DNA of 64,000 nt, taken from contig CAVXWP010000005.1 of NCBI GenBank assembly GCA_963765495.1, positions 64,001-128,000 on the forward strand, given 5' to 3'. Positions 49,087-60,368 of this stretch are shown piece by piece. Made by a program: the position numbers and the translations under genes. Below the pieces are notes generated by a model. It searched no databases, was not told the DNA's origin, and saw only the letters and a list, made by a program, of their open reading frames with translations. Within the stretch, counting starts at the first letter, position 1, and the number at the start of each line of letters is the position of its first letter. The DNA comes from Blastocatellia bacterium. Its GTDB lineage: Bacteria > Acidobacteriota > Blastocatellia > UBA7656.

Positions 49087-51129
49087 TCATTTCACCTTCG
49101 AAATCACTCGCCGCGCCGCTTCGGCCACTGCTTCGGCGGTGATCCCCAGATTTTTATAGATCACTTCGTAGGGCGCTGACGCTCCGAAGCGGTCAAGCCC
49201 GATGACCTCGCCGTCGAGTCCTACATAATGCCCCCACGCCATCGTTGTGCCCGCCTCTACAGCCACTCGCGCGCGAACCTCTGTGGGCAGGACAGACTCC
49301 CGATATTCGGGTGACTCTGCATCAAACAACTCCCAGCACGGCATAGAGACCACGCGGGCTCGCGTCTGTTCAGCCGCAAGCATCTCCTGCGCCTTGAGCG
49401 CGAGCTGGACCTCCGAGCCTGTTGCTATAAGGATCACTTCCGGGTTTTCGACATCTGCCAGAATGTAAGCGCCGCGCGATGCCGCATCTGACGAAGGGTA
49501 ACGGGTGCGATCAAGCACGGGCAACGCCTGCCGTGTCAGCACAATCGCGGTCGGCCCGTGGCGGCGAGTGAGAGCTACGCGCCAGGCTTCTACGGTTTCT
49601 GTCGCATCGGCCGGGCGAAATACGGTCAGATTCGGGATCGCCCTCAAACTCGTTAACTGCTCTACAGGCTGATGCGTCGGGCCGTCTTCGCCCAGACCTA
49701 TGCTGTCGTGGGTGTAGACAAAAATGACCGGCAGTTCCATCAAGGCCGCCAGCCGAACGGGCGGACGCATATACTCCGAAAAGATCAGGAACGTGCCGCC
49801 GTAGGGCCGCACTCCTCCGTGCAGCGCAAGCCCGTTAAGTATGGCTCCCATGCCGTGTTCGCGCACGCCAAAGCGAATATAGCGCCCCGAGAAATCTTCG
49901 CGCGACAAAGAATCCTCGCCCTTTGGAAGCGTGTTGTTTGAAGGCGTCAGGTCGGCTGAACCGCCGAGCAGGTTTCTGATGCGCGGCGCTATTGCGTTTA
50001 GCACCGCGCCCGAAGCCGCTCTCGTGGCCAGAGGTTTATCTGTCGGGAAATCGGGTAAATCCTGATCCCAGCCTTCGGGCAACTCGCCCCGGCGAACGAG
50101 GTCAAACACTTCGGCAAGTTCGGCGTGCTCTTCCCTGTACCCGGAAACTAATCGCTCCCACTCCGATTGTTGAACGGCTCCTGCCGCGCCGGATTTTTGC
50201 ATAAACGCGCGCGCCTCGTCGGGCACATAAAACTGCCTGTCCGCAGGCCAGCCAAGCCGCTCTTTTGCCAGCCGGACTTCTTCTACGCCGAGCGGTTCGC
50301 CGTGCGCCTTGCTTGTGTCTTGCCGGTTGGGGCTGCCAAACCCTATGTGCGTTTTACAGGCGATAAGCGAAGGCCGCGCGGTTTCGGCCCTTGCCGTTTG
50401 GATAGCGGCCTCGACCGCCGCCGCATCGTGCCCGTCAACGCGCTCGGTGTGCCAGCCGTAAGCCTTAAAGCGGGCGGGAACGTCTTCGCTGAAAGAGAGA
50501 GAGGTCGGGCCGTCGATGCTTATGCCGTTGTCGTCATAGAGGACGATAAGTTTGCCAAGCCCGAGATGCCCGGCAAGCGCACAGGCTTCGTGCGAGACGC
50601 CCTCCATCAAATCGCCGTCGCTTGCGATTGCATAGGTGTAGTGATCGACTATAGAAAAGCCCGGACGGTTGAATGTAGCCGCGAGCCAGCGTTCGGCTAT
50701 CGCCATCCCCACGGCGTTTGAGATGCCCTGCCCGAGCGGGCCGGTCGTCGTCTCTACTCCCGATGTCAGACCATGCTCGGGATGACCGGGTGTGCGGCTG
50801 CCCCACTGACGGAAGGATTGCAACTCTTCAATCGGCAGATCGTAGCCGCTCAGATGCAGGAGGCTGTAAAGCAGCATAGAGCCGTGCCCGGCTGAGAGCA
50901 CGAAACGGTCGCGGTCAAACCAGGCCGGATCGGTCGGGTTGTGCTTTAGAAACTGCGTCCATAACACGACCGATGCATCTGCCATACCCATAGGCATACC
51001 CGGATGCCCGGAGTTTGCTTTTTGCACGCCGTCCATAGCAAGCGCGCGGATCGTGTCGGCCGAAAGCCTGCGCAATCCCGCAAGGTCAGAAGCCTTGAAA
51101 GGCGTGGGCGCAAGTGTCTGGTCAGTCAT
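49087..51129 (-). CDS. tkt: Transketolase
   Basis: [30 protein letters not shown]. Confidence 0.97.
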   Translation of the reverse strand: MTDQTLAPTPFKASDLAGLRRLSADTIRALAMDGVQKANSGHPGMPMGMADASVVLWTQFLKHNPTDPAWFDRDRFVLSAGHGSMLLYSLLHLSGYDLPIEELQSFRQWGSRTPGHPEHGLTSGVETTTGPLGQGISNAVGMAIAERWLAATFNRPGFSIVDHYTYAIASDGDLMEGVSHEACALAGHLGLGKLIVLYDDNGISIDGPTSLSFSEDVPARFKAYGWHTERVDGHDAAAVEAAIQTARAETARPSLIACKTHIGFGSPNRQDTSKAHGEPLGVEEVRLAKERLGWPADRQFYVPDEARAFMQKSGAAGAVQQSEWERLVSGYREEHAELAEVFDLVRRGELPEGWDQDLPDFPTDKPLATRAASGAVLNAIAPRIRNLLGGSADLTPSNNTLPKGEDSLSREDFSGRYIRFGVREHGMGAILNGLALHGGVRPYGGTFLIFSEYMRPPVRLAALMELPVIFVYTHDSIGLGEDGPTHQPVEQLTSLRAIPNLTVFRPADATETVEAWRVALTRRHGPTAIVLTRQALPVLDRTRYPSSDAASRGAYILADVENPEVILIATGSEVQLALKAQEMLAAEQTRARVVSMPCWELFDAESPEYRESVLPTEVRARVAVEAGTTMAWGHYVGLDGEVIGLDRFGASAPYEVIYKNLGITAEAVAEAARRVISKVK

Positions 51130-51218
51130 CTTCTATTCTCACTTTCTTTGAGTGTTTCCTTATGATCGACAGTTGCACTACTATACCAGCGAATGCGCGT
51201 TTGGGACGAGCAAAATCA

Positions 51219-51253
51219 CTCTGAGATTTCAAATCTCAAATCTCAAAATCTCA
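51219..51253. repeat. AATCTCA heptamer array/hairpin
   Basis: CTGAGATTTCAAATCTCAAATCTCAAAATCTCA; last unit is the AKR stop. Confidence 0.75.
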
Positions 51254-52225
51254 GTAGGCGCTTGCCTGGTTCAATACCTCTATCGAAGCGGGATCGAGTT
51301 CGAGTTTTGTCGCTTCGATCAAGTCGCTCAACTGTTCGGGGCTTGTGGCGCTGGCTATGGGCGCGGTGATGCTGGGGCGAGCCATAAGCCACGCGATTGA
51401 AACCGAGGCGGGGGTTGAATCGTGCTCTCTGGCTACGCGGTCGAGAGCCTCAAGAATGCGTTCGCCCCGCTCATTCAGATATTTTTTGACTCTTCCGCCA
51501 CGGGCGCTTTTTGACAGGTCATCTTCGGATCTGTATTTTCCTGTGAGGAAACCGCTCGCGAGCGAAAAATAACTTATTACGCCCAACCCCTTCTCTGCGC
51601 AAAGCGGCTCAAGCTTTGTCTCGTAGTCGGCGCGATCATAAAGGTTATACAACGGCTGAAGGCTTTCGTATCTGGGACAGCCCTGTCGCTGGCTGACCTC
51701 CAGCGCCTCAGAAAGTCGCTCCGCGCTATAATTTGAAGCGCCGATAGCCCTGATTTTTCCCTGCTCGATCAGCTCCGCAAAGGTCGCAAGCGTCTCTTCA
51801 AGCGGCGTGTCGGGGTCATCAATATGCGCTTGATACAGATCAATATAATCGGTTTCGAGGCGTTTCAGCGAATCTTCGACCGAACTCAGGATATAGGATT
51901 TTGAGAGGCCCTTGCGGCCCGGCCCCATCTCCATTCCCACCTTTGTGGCGATTACGACCTTTTGCCTGTTCCCGCTTCGCTTCATCCATTTGCCCAGGAT
52001 GGTTTCCGACTCTCCGCCTTTGTTGCCCGGAACCCAGGCCGAATATACATCCGCCGTATCGATGAAATCGAACCCCGCTTCGACAAAGCCGTCAAGCAAC
52101 TTAAATGATGTGGCTTCGTCCACGGTCCACCCAAAAATGTTGCCTCCGAAAGCCAGCGGCGCGACTTCCAAACCGGAATTTCCAAGCCTGCGTTTTTTCA
52201 TTTCTATATGTTCTCCCGTTCTCAT
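51251..52225 (-). CDS. Aldo/keto reductase
   Basis: DTADVY, IATKVG, IDLYQAH, IGASN; start may be 52201. Confidence 0.92.
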   Translation of the reverse strand: MRTGEHIEMKKRRLGNSGLEVAPLAFGGNIFGWTVDEATSFKLLDGFVEAGFDFIDTADVYSAWVPGNKGGESETILGKWMKRSGNRQKVVIATKVGMEMGPGRKGLSKSYILSSVEDSLKRLETDYIDLYQAHIDDPDTPLEETLATFAELIEQGKIRAIGASNYSAERLSEALEVSQRQGCPRYESLQPLYNLYDRADYETKLEPLCAEKGLGVISYFSLASGFLTGKYRSEDDLSKSARGGRVKKYLNERGERILEALDRVAREHDSTPASVSIAWLMARPSITAPIASATSPEQLSDLIEATKLELDPASIEVLNQASAY

Positions 52226-52454
52226 TCTCGCTTCAGATGCGGTTGTGATTCAACTCCGCGAGGATTAGTATGGGTCGATCAAATATTTTCCATCAGCCGA
52301 TGCATCTGTTGTGGGCGATACAGAGGTCGAGAAGCGGTTTGGGGTTAAACATTTTGGCCAGTCAAGTAGTACAATTTACCCCGGCCTGACTAAGAGTAAT
52401 CCATTCTCTTGATGCGGCGCTGTGGGCGCGAAAATCACAAAAGTGAGTATACGT

Positions 52455-53516
52455 ATGACAATTCCAACCGAGCCAATCGGGAGCATTCCAAGACCCCTTG
52501 CGTTGATCGAGGCGGTCACCACACTCGGCGGTACGGACCCGGAATTGGAGCCGCTCTACGACGAGGCGACCCGCGACACCATCGTGCGGTTCGAGGCTAC
52601 GGGCTCGCCTGTCATCACCGACGGAGAGCAGAGAAAGTACCACAATTTCTGGACCTACTGCGTGCATGGATTGCCGAACACGGCCCCGGACGGCTTCAAA
52701 ATTCCGTTCTCAGCCGGTCACACGCGCCGTATGCCACGGCTGACGGGAGGGCCTTTCCGTTACAAGAGGTATGCGGACAGCTATCTGGACTTTGCGTTGC
52801 GCTGCGCCCACGTGCCTGTAAAGCAGGCAGTAATCTCGCCCTCGGCCCTGAGCCTCATGTACCCGCCCGATGAAATTGACGGCTACTCCCGCGAGCAGTT
52901 TATCGAAGATCTGCTACGCGAGCACGAAACCGAGGTGCGTGCCTGTTTGTGGAAAGGCGCGCACAAGGTGCAGATCGATTTTACGGAAGGACGGCTTGCA
53001 ATCAAGATCGACCCTTCCGGGAATCTCCTCCACAGTTTTATTGACCTGAATAACCTGGCACTATCGCGCTTCTCCGCCGAAGACCGCAAGCGCATCGGCG
53101 TGCATACCTGTCCGGGCGGTGACATTGATTCGACCCACAGCGCGGACGTTGATTACGCCGAACTGCTGCCCAGCCTGTTTGAGTTGCTGGCGGGGAACTT
53201 CTACATTGCGCTGGCGGGCGAAAGCGACCGTATCCGCATACTGAAAATCATCCGCGACCACATGAAGGCGGACCAGCGGGTTTTCATCGGTGTAGTCGCG
53301 CCGATTGACCCGCGTGTCGAGACAGCGGAAGAGATTCGTGATCGGGTTCTTGAGGCGGCTCAGTATATTCCGGTCGAGCAACTGGGCACGACCGACGACT
53401 GCGGGTTCTCGCCGTTTTGCGATGATACCTCTACCACTCGCGACATGGCCTTTGAAAAGATAAGTGCGCGGGTGCAGGGTACTGGGCTCGCGGCGGAAAT
53501 ACTTGGGGGTGATTGA
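52455..53516 (+). CDS. Cobalamin-independent methionine synthase II (MetE C-terminal barrel)-like protein
   Basis: IGSIPRP, TDGEQR, HTC, DCGF; start ATG 52455. Confidence 0.85.
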   Translation: MTIPTEPIGSIPRPLALIEAVTTLGGTDPELEPLYDEATRDTIVRFEATGSPVITDGEQRKYHNFWTYCVHGLPNTAPDGFKIPFSAGHTRRMPRLTGGPFRYKRYADSYLDFALRCAHVPVKQAVISPSALSLMYPPDEIDGYSREQFIEDLLREHETEVRACLWKGAHKVQIDFTEGRLAIKIDPSGNLLHSFIDLNNLALSRFSAEDRKRIGVHTCPGGDIDSTHSADVDYAELLPSLFELLAGNFYIALAGESDRIRILKIIRDHMKADQRVFIGVVAPIDPRVETAEEIRDRVLEAAQYIPVEQLGTTDDCGFSPFCDDTSTTRDMAFEKISARVQGTGLAAEILGGD

Positions 53517-55591
53517 TGGCGACGGAAGATAACGAGGAGGAACGGCTACGTTCCGTTGCCCTGCAAAACGCCCAAAGCATACTCCTTGCGCGTCGCCGCG
53601 CAGAAGATGCTTTGCAAAAGCAGACGGAGTGGCTTCGGGTAACGCTTTCGAGCATAGGCGACGCCGTCATCAGCACCGACGCCGAGGGACGGGTGACGTT
53701 CATGAACGTTGTAGCCGAGTCGTTGATCGGCTGCCTTCAGGACGAGGCTTTAGGGCACCCGCTGCAAGAGGTCTTCCACATCATTAACGAGCAGACCCGC
53801 GAGCCGGTTGATAACCCCGTTGAAAAAGTCTTACGGGAAGGCAAAGTTGTTGGGCTGGCAAACCACACAATCCTCATCGCCCGGGACGGCACAGAGCGGA
53901 TCATCGACGACAGCGCCGCCCCGATTCAGGATGACAGTGGACAAGTAGTCGGAGTCGTACTGGTATTTCATGACATCACCGGGCACAAGCAGGCTGAGAG
54001 GGCGAGCGCGCATCTGGCGGCTATAGTACAATCCTCCGACGATGCCATCATCAGCAAGAACCTGGATGGGATCATAATGAGTTGGAATAAGGGCGCGGAA
54101 AGGCTGTTCGGTTATACGGCGGCGGAAATCGTCGGTCGGCCGGTCACAACACTTATTCCCTCGCAGCACATTGACGAAGAACCTCGTATTCTCGCAAAGA
54201 TCAGGCGGGGCGAAACGGTTGACCATTACGAAACCGTGCGGCAGCGCAAGGACGGGTCACTTGTTGATATCTCGCTCACCGTTTCGCCGATTCGCGACGA
54301 GGCCGGAAACATCATCGGGGCGTCTAAAATCGCCCGCGATATCACCGGGCAGAAGCGGGCGAGAATCGAACGCGAGCAGTTGCTGGCAAGCGAGCAGGAA
54401 GCGCGGCAGCAGGCCGAAGCGGCCAATCGAATGAAGGACGAGTTTCTCGCAACGGTTTCGCACGAGCTCCGCACGCCGTTAAATGCAATTCTCGGATGGG
54501 CCAGGCTTCTTTCCAGTGGAAAACTCGACACCGAGACGGCGGCACGCGGGCTAAAATCCATCGAGCAAAACTCCAAGGCCCAGTCCCAGCTTATCGAAGA
54601 CCTGCTCGATGTTTCGCGCATAATCTCAGGGAAGTTCCGTCTAAAGGCCCAGCCCATTGAAGTCGCGCTTGTCATTGAGGCGGCCATTGATTCGGTGCGC
54701 CCGACAGCCGAGGCCAAAGGGATAAGATTGCAGGTGGTGCTCGATCCCGACGCGGGGCCGGTTTCAGGCGATGCGGACAGACTTCAGCAGGTCGTCTGGA
54801 ACCTGCTTTCCAACGCCATCAAATTCACCCCGAAAGGCGGGCGCGTACAGGTGCGTCTGATGCAAATCAACTCGCACATAGAGCTTGAAATCAGCGATAC
54901 GGGGCAGGGGATAACAAGCGAGTTTCTGCCTTATGTCTTTGACCGTTTTCGGCAGGCGGACGGCTCGCATACACGATTTCACGGCGGCTTAGGACTGGGC
55001 CTGGCCATCGTGCGTCACATCGTAGAACTTCACGGTGGCAGTGTTGCCGCCGACAGCCCTGGTAAAGATCAGGGGGCAACCTTTACAATCAGGCTTCCCT
55101 TGATAGTGTCTCACAAGAAAGCGAGGGGCGAAGAGCGAGTTCATCCCAGAGTAGATGGCAAAGAGGAGTTGCACTTTCAACCTTCCCCGAAACTCGAAGG
55201 GGTAAAAGTGCTGCTCGTTGATGACGAGCCGGAATCGCTTATTCTCTTAAACACCGTGCTTACCCAGACCGGCGCATATGTCAAAACCGCCTCCTCGGCA
55301 GATGAAGGGTTTGCGCAGGTTAAAGAGTGGAGACCCGATGTAATCGTGTCGGATGTCGGAATGCCGGGAGAAGACGGATACGCGTTTATGAAACGAGTGA
55401 AGACGTGGATGCGAGAAACGGGGATCTGGATTCCGGCAGTGGCGCTCACCGCCTATGCGCGGGCCGAAGACAGGATGAAGGCCCTCGCTTCCGGTTATCA
55501 AATTCACGTGCCCAAACCGGTTGAGCCTGCGGAGCTAATCACCGTGCTTATAAGTTTAGTTGAGAGGCCCTCGACAGATCAGCAGGAGTGA
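53516..55591 (+). CDS. Cytoplasmic PAS-PAS hybrid histidine kinase with receiver domain
   Basis: Two PAS/PAC domains, SHELRTPL, NLLSNAIKF, GLGLGL, receiver SDVGMP; TGATG overlap with the upstream gene. Confidence 0.93.
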   Translation: MATEDNEEERLRSVALQNAQSILLARRRAEDALQKQTEWLRVTLSSIGDAVISTDAEGRVTFMNVVAESLIGCLQDEALGHPLQEVFHIINEQTREPVDNPVEKVLREGKVVGLANHTILIARDGTERIIDDSAAPIQDDSGQVVGVVLVFHDITGHKQAERASAHLAAIVQSSDDAIISKNLDGIIMSWNKGAERLFGYTAAEIVGRPVTTLIPSQHIDEEPRILAKIRRGETVDHYETVRQRKDGSLVDISLTVSPIRDEAGNIIGASKIARDITGQKRARIEREQLLASEQEARQQAEAANRMKDEFLATVSHELRTPLNAILGWARLLSSGKLDTETAARGLKSIEQNSKAQSQLIEDLLDVSRIISGKFRLKAQPIEVALVIEAAIDSVRPTAEAKGIRLQVVLDPDAGPVSGDADRLQQVVWNLLSNAIKFTPKGGRVQVRLMQINSHIELEISDTGQGITSEFLPYVFDRFRQADGSHTRFHGGLGLGLAIVRHIVELHGGSVAADSPGKDQGATFTIRLPLIVSHKKARGEERVHPRVDGKEELHFQPSPKLEGVKVLLVDDEPESLILLNTVLTQTGAYVKTASSADEGFAQVKEWRPDVIVSDVGMPGEDGYAFMKRVKTWMRETGIWIPAVALTAYARAEDRMKALASGYQIHVPKPVEPAELITVLISLVERPSTDQQE

Positions 55592-55700
55592 TTGCAGAAA
55601 ATTCCTCGCTCAATATTTATCGGTTGATAAAAAATTTAGCGAGCCGGTTTATTAGACAACTTTTCACAGACGAAACACGTATGGACGAGTGGAAATCATC

Positions 55701-56840
55701 ATGAAATATGGAAAACTCATCCTGAAGAATATTCTGCGCAATAAACGGCGCTCGCTTTTGACCATATCGAGTCTGGTTGTGTCGCTGTTTCTGATGATCA
55801 CGCTTGCGACGATCCTGACCGAGTTTACGCGCGGGAGCGAAGAGGCAAACCCGTTGAGGCTGGTCACACGGCACTCGGTTTCGCTCACATTCCCCCTGCC
55901 TGTCGCTTATACCCAGCGCATAGCGACGGTTCCGGGCGTAAAGCGTGTCATGCCCTTTAGCTGGTTTGGCGGAATCTATAAGGACGAGAAGAATTTCTTT
56001 GCCAACTTCGCCTGCGACGCCAGCCAGTTGCACGAGATCATGACCGAACTGAAGATGTCCGACGCCGAGTGGCAACAGTTTGTCTCTGACCGGCAGGGCG
56101 CTGTCGTGGGCGCAAAGCTTGCCAAACTCTACGGTTTCTATCCCGGTCAGCGCATAACATTGAAGAGCCCTATTTATAACGCGAGCATGGAATTCATCGT
56201 ACGCGGTATCGCCTCGGGCGGGGATGAAAAGACGCTCTATTTTCATCACGATTATCTGAACGAATCGCTGCCCGCGTGGGCCAAAGACAAGGTAGGCACG
56301 ATCAGTATTCTGGCAGACAGCGCAGCCGATGTGCCTCGCATAGCGCAGGCGGTTGACTCGATGTTTATAAACACCGACGCTCCTACAAAGACCGAAAGCG
56401 AGCGCGAATTTGCAATGAGCTTTCAAACCATGATGGGCGGCGTAAAAACATTTATGTACGGCATTATGGCCGCGATCACGTTTTCGCTGCTGCTCGTTAT
56501 GGCAAACACCATGGCGATGAGCGTGCGCGAGCGCACACGCGAAGTCGGCACGCTCAAGGCATTAGGCTTTCAGCGCGGAACGATCGCGTGGCTTTTCGTA
56601 GGCGAATCGATGCTGATCTCTGTCTTTGGCGCGACGCTCGGTATCTTTCTTGCGATGATGGTCTTCTCTTCGTTCGATCTGAGTCTGTACATCCCGAATT
56701 TCGCCTCTTTTATACCATCGACTGAAACGCTGGTCGTCGCTTTCTTCCTCGCGCTCTTTATAGGAGTTGCGAGCGTCATCTATTCGGCCTATCGCGTTTC
56801 GGGAATGACCATAGCCGATGCGTTGCGGAGCACGGAATAA
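55701..56840 (+). CDS. ABC transporter permease (MacB/FtsX family)
   Basis: RNKRRSLLT, ERTREVGTLKALGF. Confidence 0.9.
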   Translation: MKYGKLILKNILRNKRRSLLTISSLVVSLFLMITLATILTEFTRGSEEANPLRLVTRHSVSLTFPLPVAYTQRIATVPGVKRVMPFSWFGGIYKDEKNFFANFACDASQLHEIMTELKMSDAEWQQFVSDRQGAVVGAKLAKLYGFYPGQRITLKSPIYNASMEFIVRGIASGGDEKTLYFHHDYLNESLPAWAKDKVGTISILADSAADVPRIAQAVDSMFINTDAPTKTESEREFAMSFQTMMGGVKTFMYGIMAAITFSLLLVMANTMAMSVRERTREVGTLKALGFQRGTIAWLFVGESMLISVFGATLGIFLAMMVFSSFDLSLYIPNFASFIPSTETLVVAFFLALFIGVASVIYSAYRVSGMTIADALRSTE

Positions 56841-56841
56841 T

Positions 56842-58005
56842 ATGGCTATACCTCTCAAATACAACCTGCGCAATCTGACCGTCAGAAAAGGCACTACGCT
56901 GGCCACGGCTTTCACAATAGGGCTGACCGTAGCGGTTTACCTGATGGTGATGGCGCTCGCGCACGGGATTGATTTGACGCTCGCCTCAAGCGGCGAACCG
57001 CTCAACCTGATCGTATTGCGAAACGGCTCGACCGCCGAGTTAAACAGCAGTGTGACCAGGGAGCAACTAAACACGCTGATCTATCTCGACGGCATAGTGC
57101 GCGAGGGAGATCAACCGCTTGCCGCGCCCGAAGCCATTACGCTGATCTATCGCGCTCGCAAGGGCATGACTCAGGGGTCGAACGTCACGATTCGCGGCGT
57201 AGGCCCGATGTCTACGCGGCTGCGTTCGGGCTTTAAAATCGTCCGGGGTCAGATGTTTCAAAAAGGGCTGACGGAAGCCATAGTCTCAAAGCGAATCGCC
57301 GAACGATTTCAAGGGTTAGACATCGGCGACAAGTTTCGCATTCAAGCGACTGATTATACTATCGTCGGGCTGTTTGATGCCGGAGGCAAGGCGTTCGAAT
57401 CCGAGATCTGGGTGGATGTAGATTCGCTCGGCAGCACGATGAAACGCGAATCGTTTTCATCGGTGCTCTTGAGAGTTAAGGACGGCGCGACGCTCGACGC
57501 TCTGGAAAAACGCATCTCCGAAGATCAACGGCTGCAACTCAAGGCCGTATCCGAGCGCAAGTTTTATGAAGACCAGCAGGGCGCAGCCTCCGGCATTTTG
57601 AAAGGTTTGGGCGGGTTTGTCGCCTTGATTATGGCAATAGGCGCGGGCTTTGCCGGTATGAATACGATGTATGCGGCTGTTTCAAGACGCACAAAAGAGA
57701 TCGGCACATTGCGCGTGCTCGGGTTCAGCCGCCTGAGCATACTTGCTGCCTTTATACTGGAATCTATGGCGATAGCGATCATCGGCGTAGGAGTCGGCAT
57801 CGTGCTTGCTCTGCCGTTGAACCTCGTATCGACGGGAACATCCAATTTCGTGACGTTTTCAGAGATCGCCTTCAACTTTCGCGTCACACCCGATCTGATG
57901 TTGTCGGCGCTGATCTTCGGCGCAGGGATAGGGCTTTTCGGATCGCTTCTGCCTTCGATTCGAGCCTCGCGTTTTCAGATTGTGGATGCCTTGCGCTCAT
58001 CGTGA
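56842..58005 (+). CDS. ABC transporter permease (MacB/FtsX family)
   Basis: MAIPLKYNLRNL, RTKEIGTLRVLGF. Confidence 0.9.
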   Translation: MAIPLKYNLRNLTVRKGTTLATAFTIGLTVAVYLMVMALAHGIDLTLASSGEPLNLIVLRNGSTAELNSSVTREQLNTLIYLDGIVREGDQPLAAPEAITLIYRARKGMTQGSNVTIRGVGPMSTRLRSGFKIVRGQMFQKGLTEAIVSKRIAERFQGLDIGDKFRIQATDYTIVGLFDAGGKAFESEIWVDVDSLGSTMKRESFSSVLLRVKDGATLDALEKRISEDQRLQLKAVSERKFYEDQQGAASGILKGLGGFVALIMAIGAGFAGMNTMYAAVSRRTKEIGTLRVLGFSRLSILAAFILESMAIAIIGVGVGIVLALPLNLVSTGTSNFVTFSEIAFNFRVTPDLMLSALIFGAGIGLFGSLLPSIRASRFQIVDALRSS

Positions 58006-58081
58006 AAATCGGTCATAAGATAATCGTGCGATACATGCGTCGCGGCCCTCATCAGAGCAAATTAAATCAAGGAATCACGGA

Positions 58082-59455
58082 ATGGTTACAAGCACCAAAA
58101 GCCCACAGGAAAATCAGGAACTCAACGAACGGTTGCGGAGCCTGCGCATAAATCGCGGACCGCAGCAACAGCCATCAAAGGGCCGCCCAAAATTGCTGCT
58201 TCTCGGCATCTCCGTGCTGATTACCCTTGTGGCAGCCTCTTACGCTTACTTTTCCGCTTCGGCAAAAACGGTCTCAGTCGCCGAAGTGAAGACCGAAAGC
58301 GGCGCTTCAAGCACTGGTACGGTGCTTACGGTTTCGGGCTATGTGGTCGCGCATCACAAGATCGCGGTCGGCGCGAAAGTGATGGGCCGCGTGTCGTGGA
58401 TCGGCGTTGAAAAAGGCGATAAGGTCGAACAGGGACAGGTGCTTGTGCGGCTGGAAGACAACGAGTTTCGCGCGCAGGTGAATCAGGCGCGGGCGAACCT
58501 GGCGGCGGCTCAGGCGCGGCTCGATCAGATGCGCGCAGGCTCTCGCCCGCAGGAAAAGATGAAAGACCGCGCCTCGGTTCTTCAAGCCGAAGCGAACCTG
58601 AAAAACGCCGAGGCCGATTACGAGCGAACCGAAAAACTATTTCGCTCGGGCGTAGCCTCGAAGGCCGATCTTGATCGCGTCACCGCACAGCGCGACACGG
58701 CGGCGGCGATTGTAGAGGCGGCGCGGCAGACATCTAAAATGACCGACATCGGCCCGCGTGAAGAAGAGATACGCGCCGCCGAGGCAACGGTGCGGCAGAT
58801 GAAAGCAGCCCTCGATTATCAGGAGACGCAACTCGAAAGCACGGAGATCAAATCTCCCGTCCGGGGCACGGTCCTGCAACGCATAGTCGAACGGGGCGAG
58901 ATGGTCACGCCTTCGGCATTTGGCGAATCGGGAGCAAAAACATCCGTCGTCGCGCTCGCCGACCTGAACGATTTGCAAATAGAACTCGACATCAGTCAGA
59001 CCGATTTTGCGCGGCTCAAGATGGCGCAGCGGGCCGAGATCATACCCGAAGCCTTCCCGAACCTGCGCTATACGGGATACATCGCAGAGATCGCGCCCGA
59101 AGCAAACCGCGCAAAGGCTACGGTGCAGGTCAAGGTAAAAGTCGAAAACCCCGACGAGCAGTTGCGACCCGAAATGAACGCGCGCGTAAATTTTCTGGCC
59201 GATGCCGTGCCTGCTGATTCGCAACCCGCGATCAACCGCGCGCTTGTGCCAAAAACGGCCGTCGTCCACAAGGACGGCGCTGATTTCGTCTTCGTCGTCA
59301 AGGGCGATAGAGTCGAACAGAGGGTTATTCGTCTTGGCGAAGAGACGGGCGATTCGAACTATGTTTTAGAGGGCCTGAGCGGCGGTGAAACGGTCGTCAC
59401 CGAAGGCGCGGATAAACTGAGCGACGGAAGCAAAATAAAGATCGGCAGCCCGTAG
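58082..59455 (+). CDS. Efflux periplasmic adaptor (MacA/HlyD-like)
   Basis: N-terminal TM, lipoyl halves VEKGDKVEQGQVLVRL and IKSPVRGTV, helical hairpin. Confidence 0.9.
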   Translation: MVTSTKSPQENQELNERLRSLRINRGPQQQPSKGRPKLLLLGISVLITLVAASYAYFSASAKTVSVAEVKTESGASSTGTVLTVSGYVVAHHKIAVGAKVMGRVSWIGVEKGDKVEQGQVLVRLEDNEFRAQVNQARANLAAAQARLDQMRAGSRPQEKMKDRASVLQAEANLKNAEADYERTEKLFRSGVASKADLDRVTAQRDTAAAIVEAARQTSKMTDIGPREEEIRAAEATVRQMKAALDYQETQLESTEIKSPVRGTVLQRIVERGEMVTPSAFGESGAKTSVVALADLNDLQIELDISQTDFARLKMAQRAEIIPEAFPNLRYTGYIAEIAPEANRAKATVQVKVKVENPDEQLRPEMNARVNFLADAVPADSQPAINRALVPKTAVVHKDGADFVFVVKGDRVEQRVIRLGEETGDSNYVLEGLSGGETVVTEGADKLSDGSKIKIGSP

Positions 59456-59505
59456 ATAGGTGCCAGTAGATAGGTGCCAGTAGAGGGGTGCCCGTAGATA
59501 GGTGC
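59450..59505. repeat. 14-bp tandem direct repeat x4
   Basis: C(C/A)GTAGATAGGTGC, three exact-type copies plus CAGTAGAGGGGTGC. Confidence 0.9.
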
Positions 59506-59555
59506 CCGGGCAAAGGCCGCAACGGATTTCAACTCCAACACCTGAAAGGGAAAGT

Positions 59556-60254
59556 ATGCCGGAACCGATTGTACGAATTCGAAATGTGAGCAAGCGATAT
59601 ACGCGGGACGGGTTTGAGATCGTCGCGCTCGACAATATAAATCTCGATATTGAGCAGAGCGATTTCGTCGCGCTGATGGGGCCTTCGGGTTCCGGCAAAT
59701 CCACCCTGCTCAACCTGATTGCCGGAATAGACCGCTCGACCGAGGGCGAAGTCGATGTGCTCGGGACCGACCTTGCGCGGCTCAATGAAAGCCAGCTTGC
59801 CGTCTGGCGAAACACGCATATCGGCTATATCTTTCAAACCTTTAATCTGATTCCGGTACTGACCGCTTATGAAAACGTGGAGTTGCCGCTCCTGCTTACA
59901 AACCTGTCAAAAAGCGAACGCCGCAAAAACGTAGAGACGGCGCTAGGGCTCGTAGACCTGAGCGACCGCATGCATCATCGTCCCAAACAGCTTTCTGGCG
60001 GACAGGAACAGCGCGTGGCCATAGCGCGCGCAATCGTGATGGACCCCGACCTGCTTCTGGCAGACGAGCCTACGGGCAACCTCGATGCGCGTTCGGGCGA
60101 AGAAGTCTTAAACATTCTGTCAACGCTCAATCACGAATTGAACAAGACCATCATAATGGTGACTCACGACCCGCACGCGGCGAGCTATGCTTCGCGCGAA
60201 AGGCATCTTGAAAAGGGATTGTTGCTTGAAGACATCCCGGCACTGGTACGTTGA
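59556..60254 (+). CDS. ABC transporter ATP-binding protein (LolD/MacB-like)
   Basis: [30 protein letters not shown]. Confidence 0.93.
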   Translation: MPEPIVRIRNVSKRYTRDGFEIVALDNINLDIEQSDFVALMGPSGSGKSTLLNLIAGIDRSTEGEVDVLGTDLARLNESQLAVWRNTHIGYIFQTFNLIPVLTAYENVELPLLLTNLSKSERRKNVETALGLVDLSDRMHHRPKQLSGGQEQRVAIARAIVMDPDLLLADEPTGNLDARSGEEVLNILSTLNHELNKTIIMVTHDPHAASYASRERHLEKGLLLEDIPALVR

Positions 60255-60266
60255 CGCTTAACGAAA

Positions 60267-60368
60267 ATAGGCGACGGGATGACACGGATCAGACGGATTC
60301 ACGCGGATCTGATGTTATATGAGCTAATCCGCGTAGATCCGCCGCATCCGCGTCATCCGTGGCCTATT
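60267..60368. repeat. Nonamer tandem inverted repeat (CGGAT core)
   Basis: AATAGGC..GGATGACACGGATCAGACGGATTCACGCGGAT ... ATCCGCGTAGATCCGCCGCATCCGCGTCATCCGTGGCCTATT. Confidence 0.85.

Noticed and set aside
59450-59505. Possible CRISPR array
   Set aside because: Units are 14 bp, directly adjacent with no spacers, and there are no cas genes
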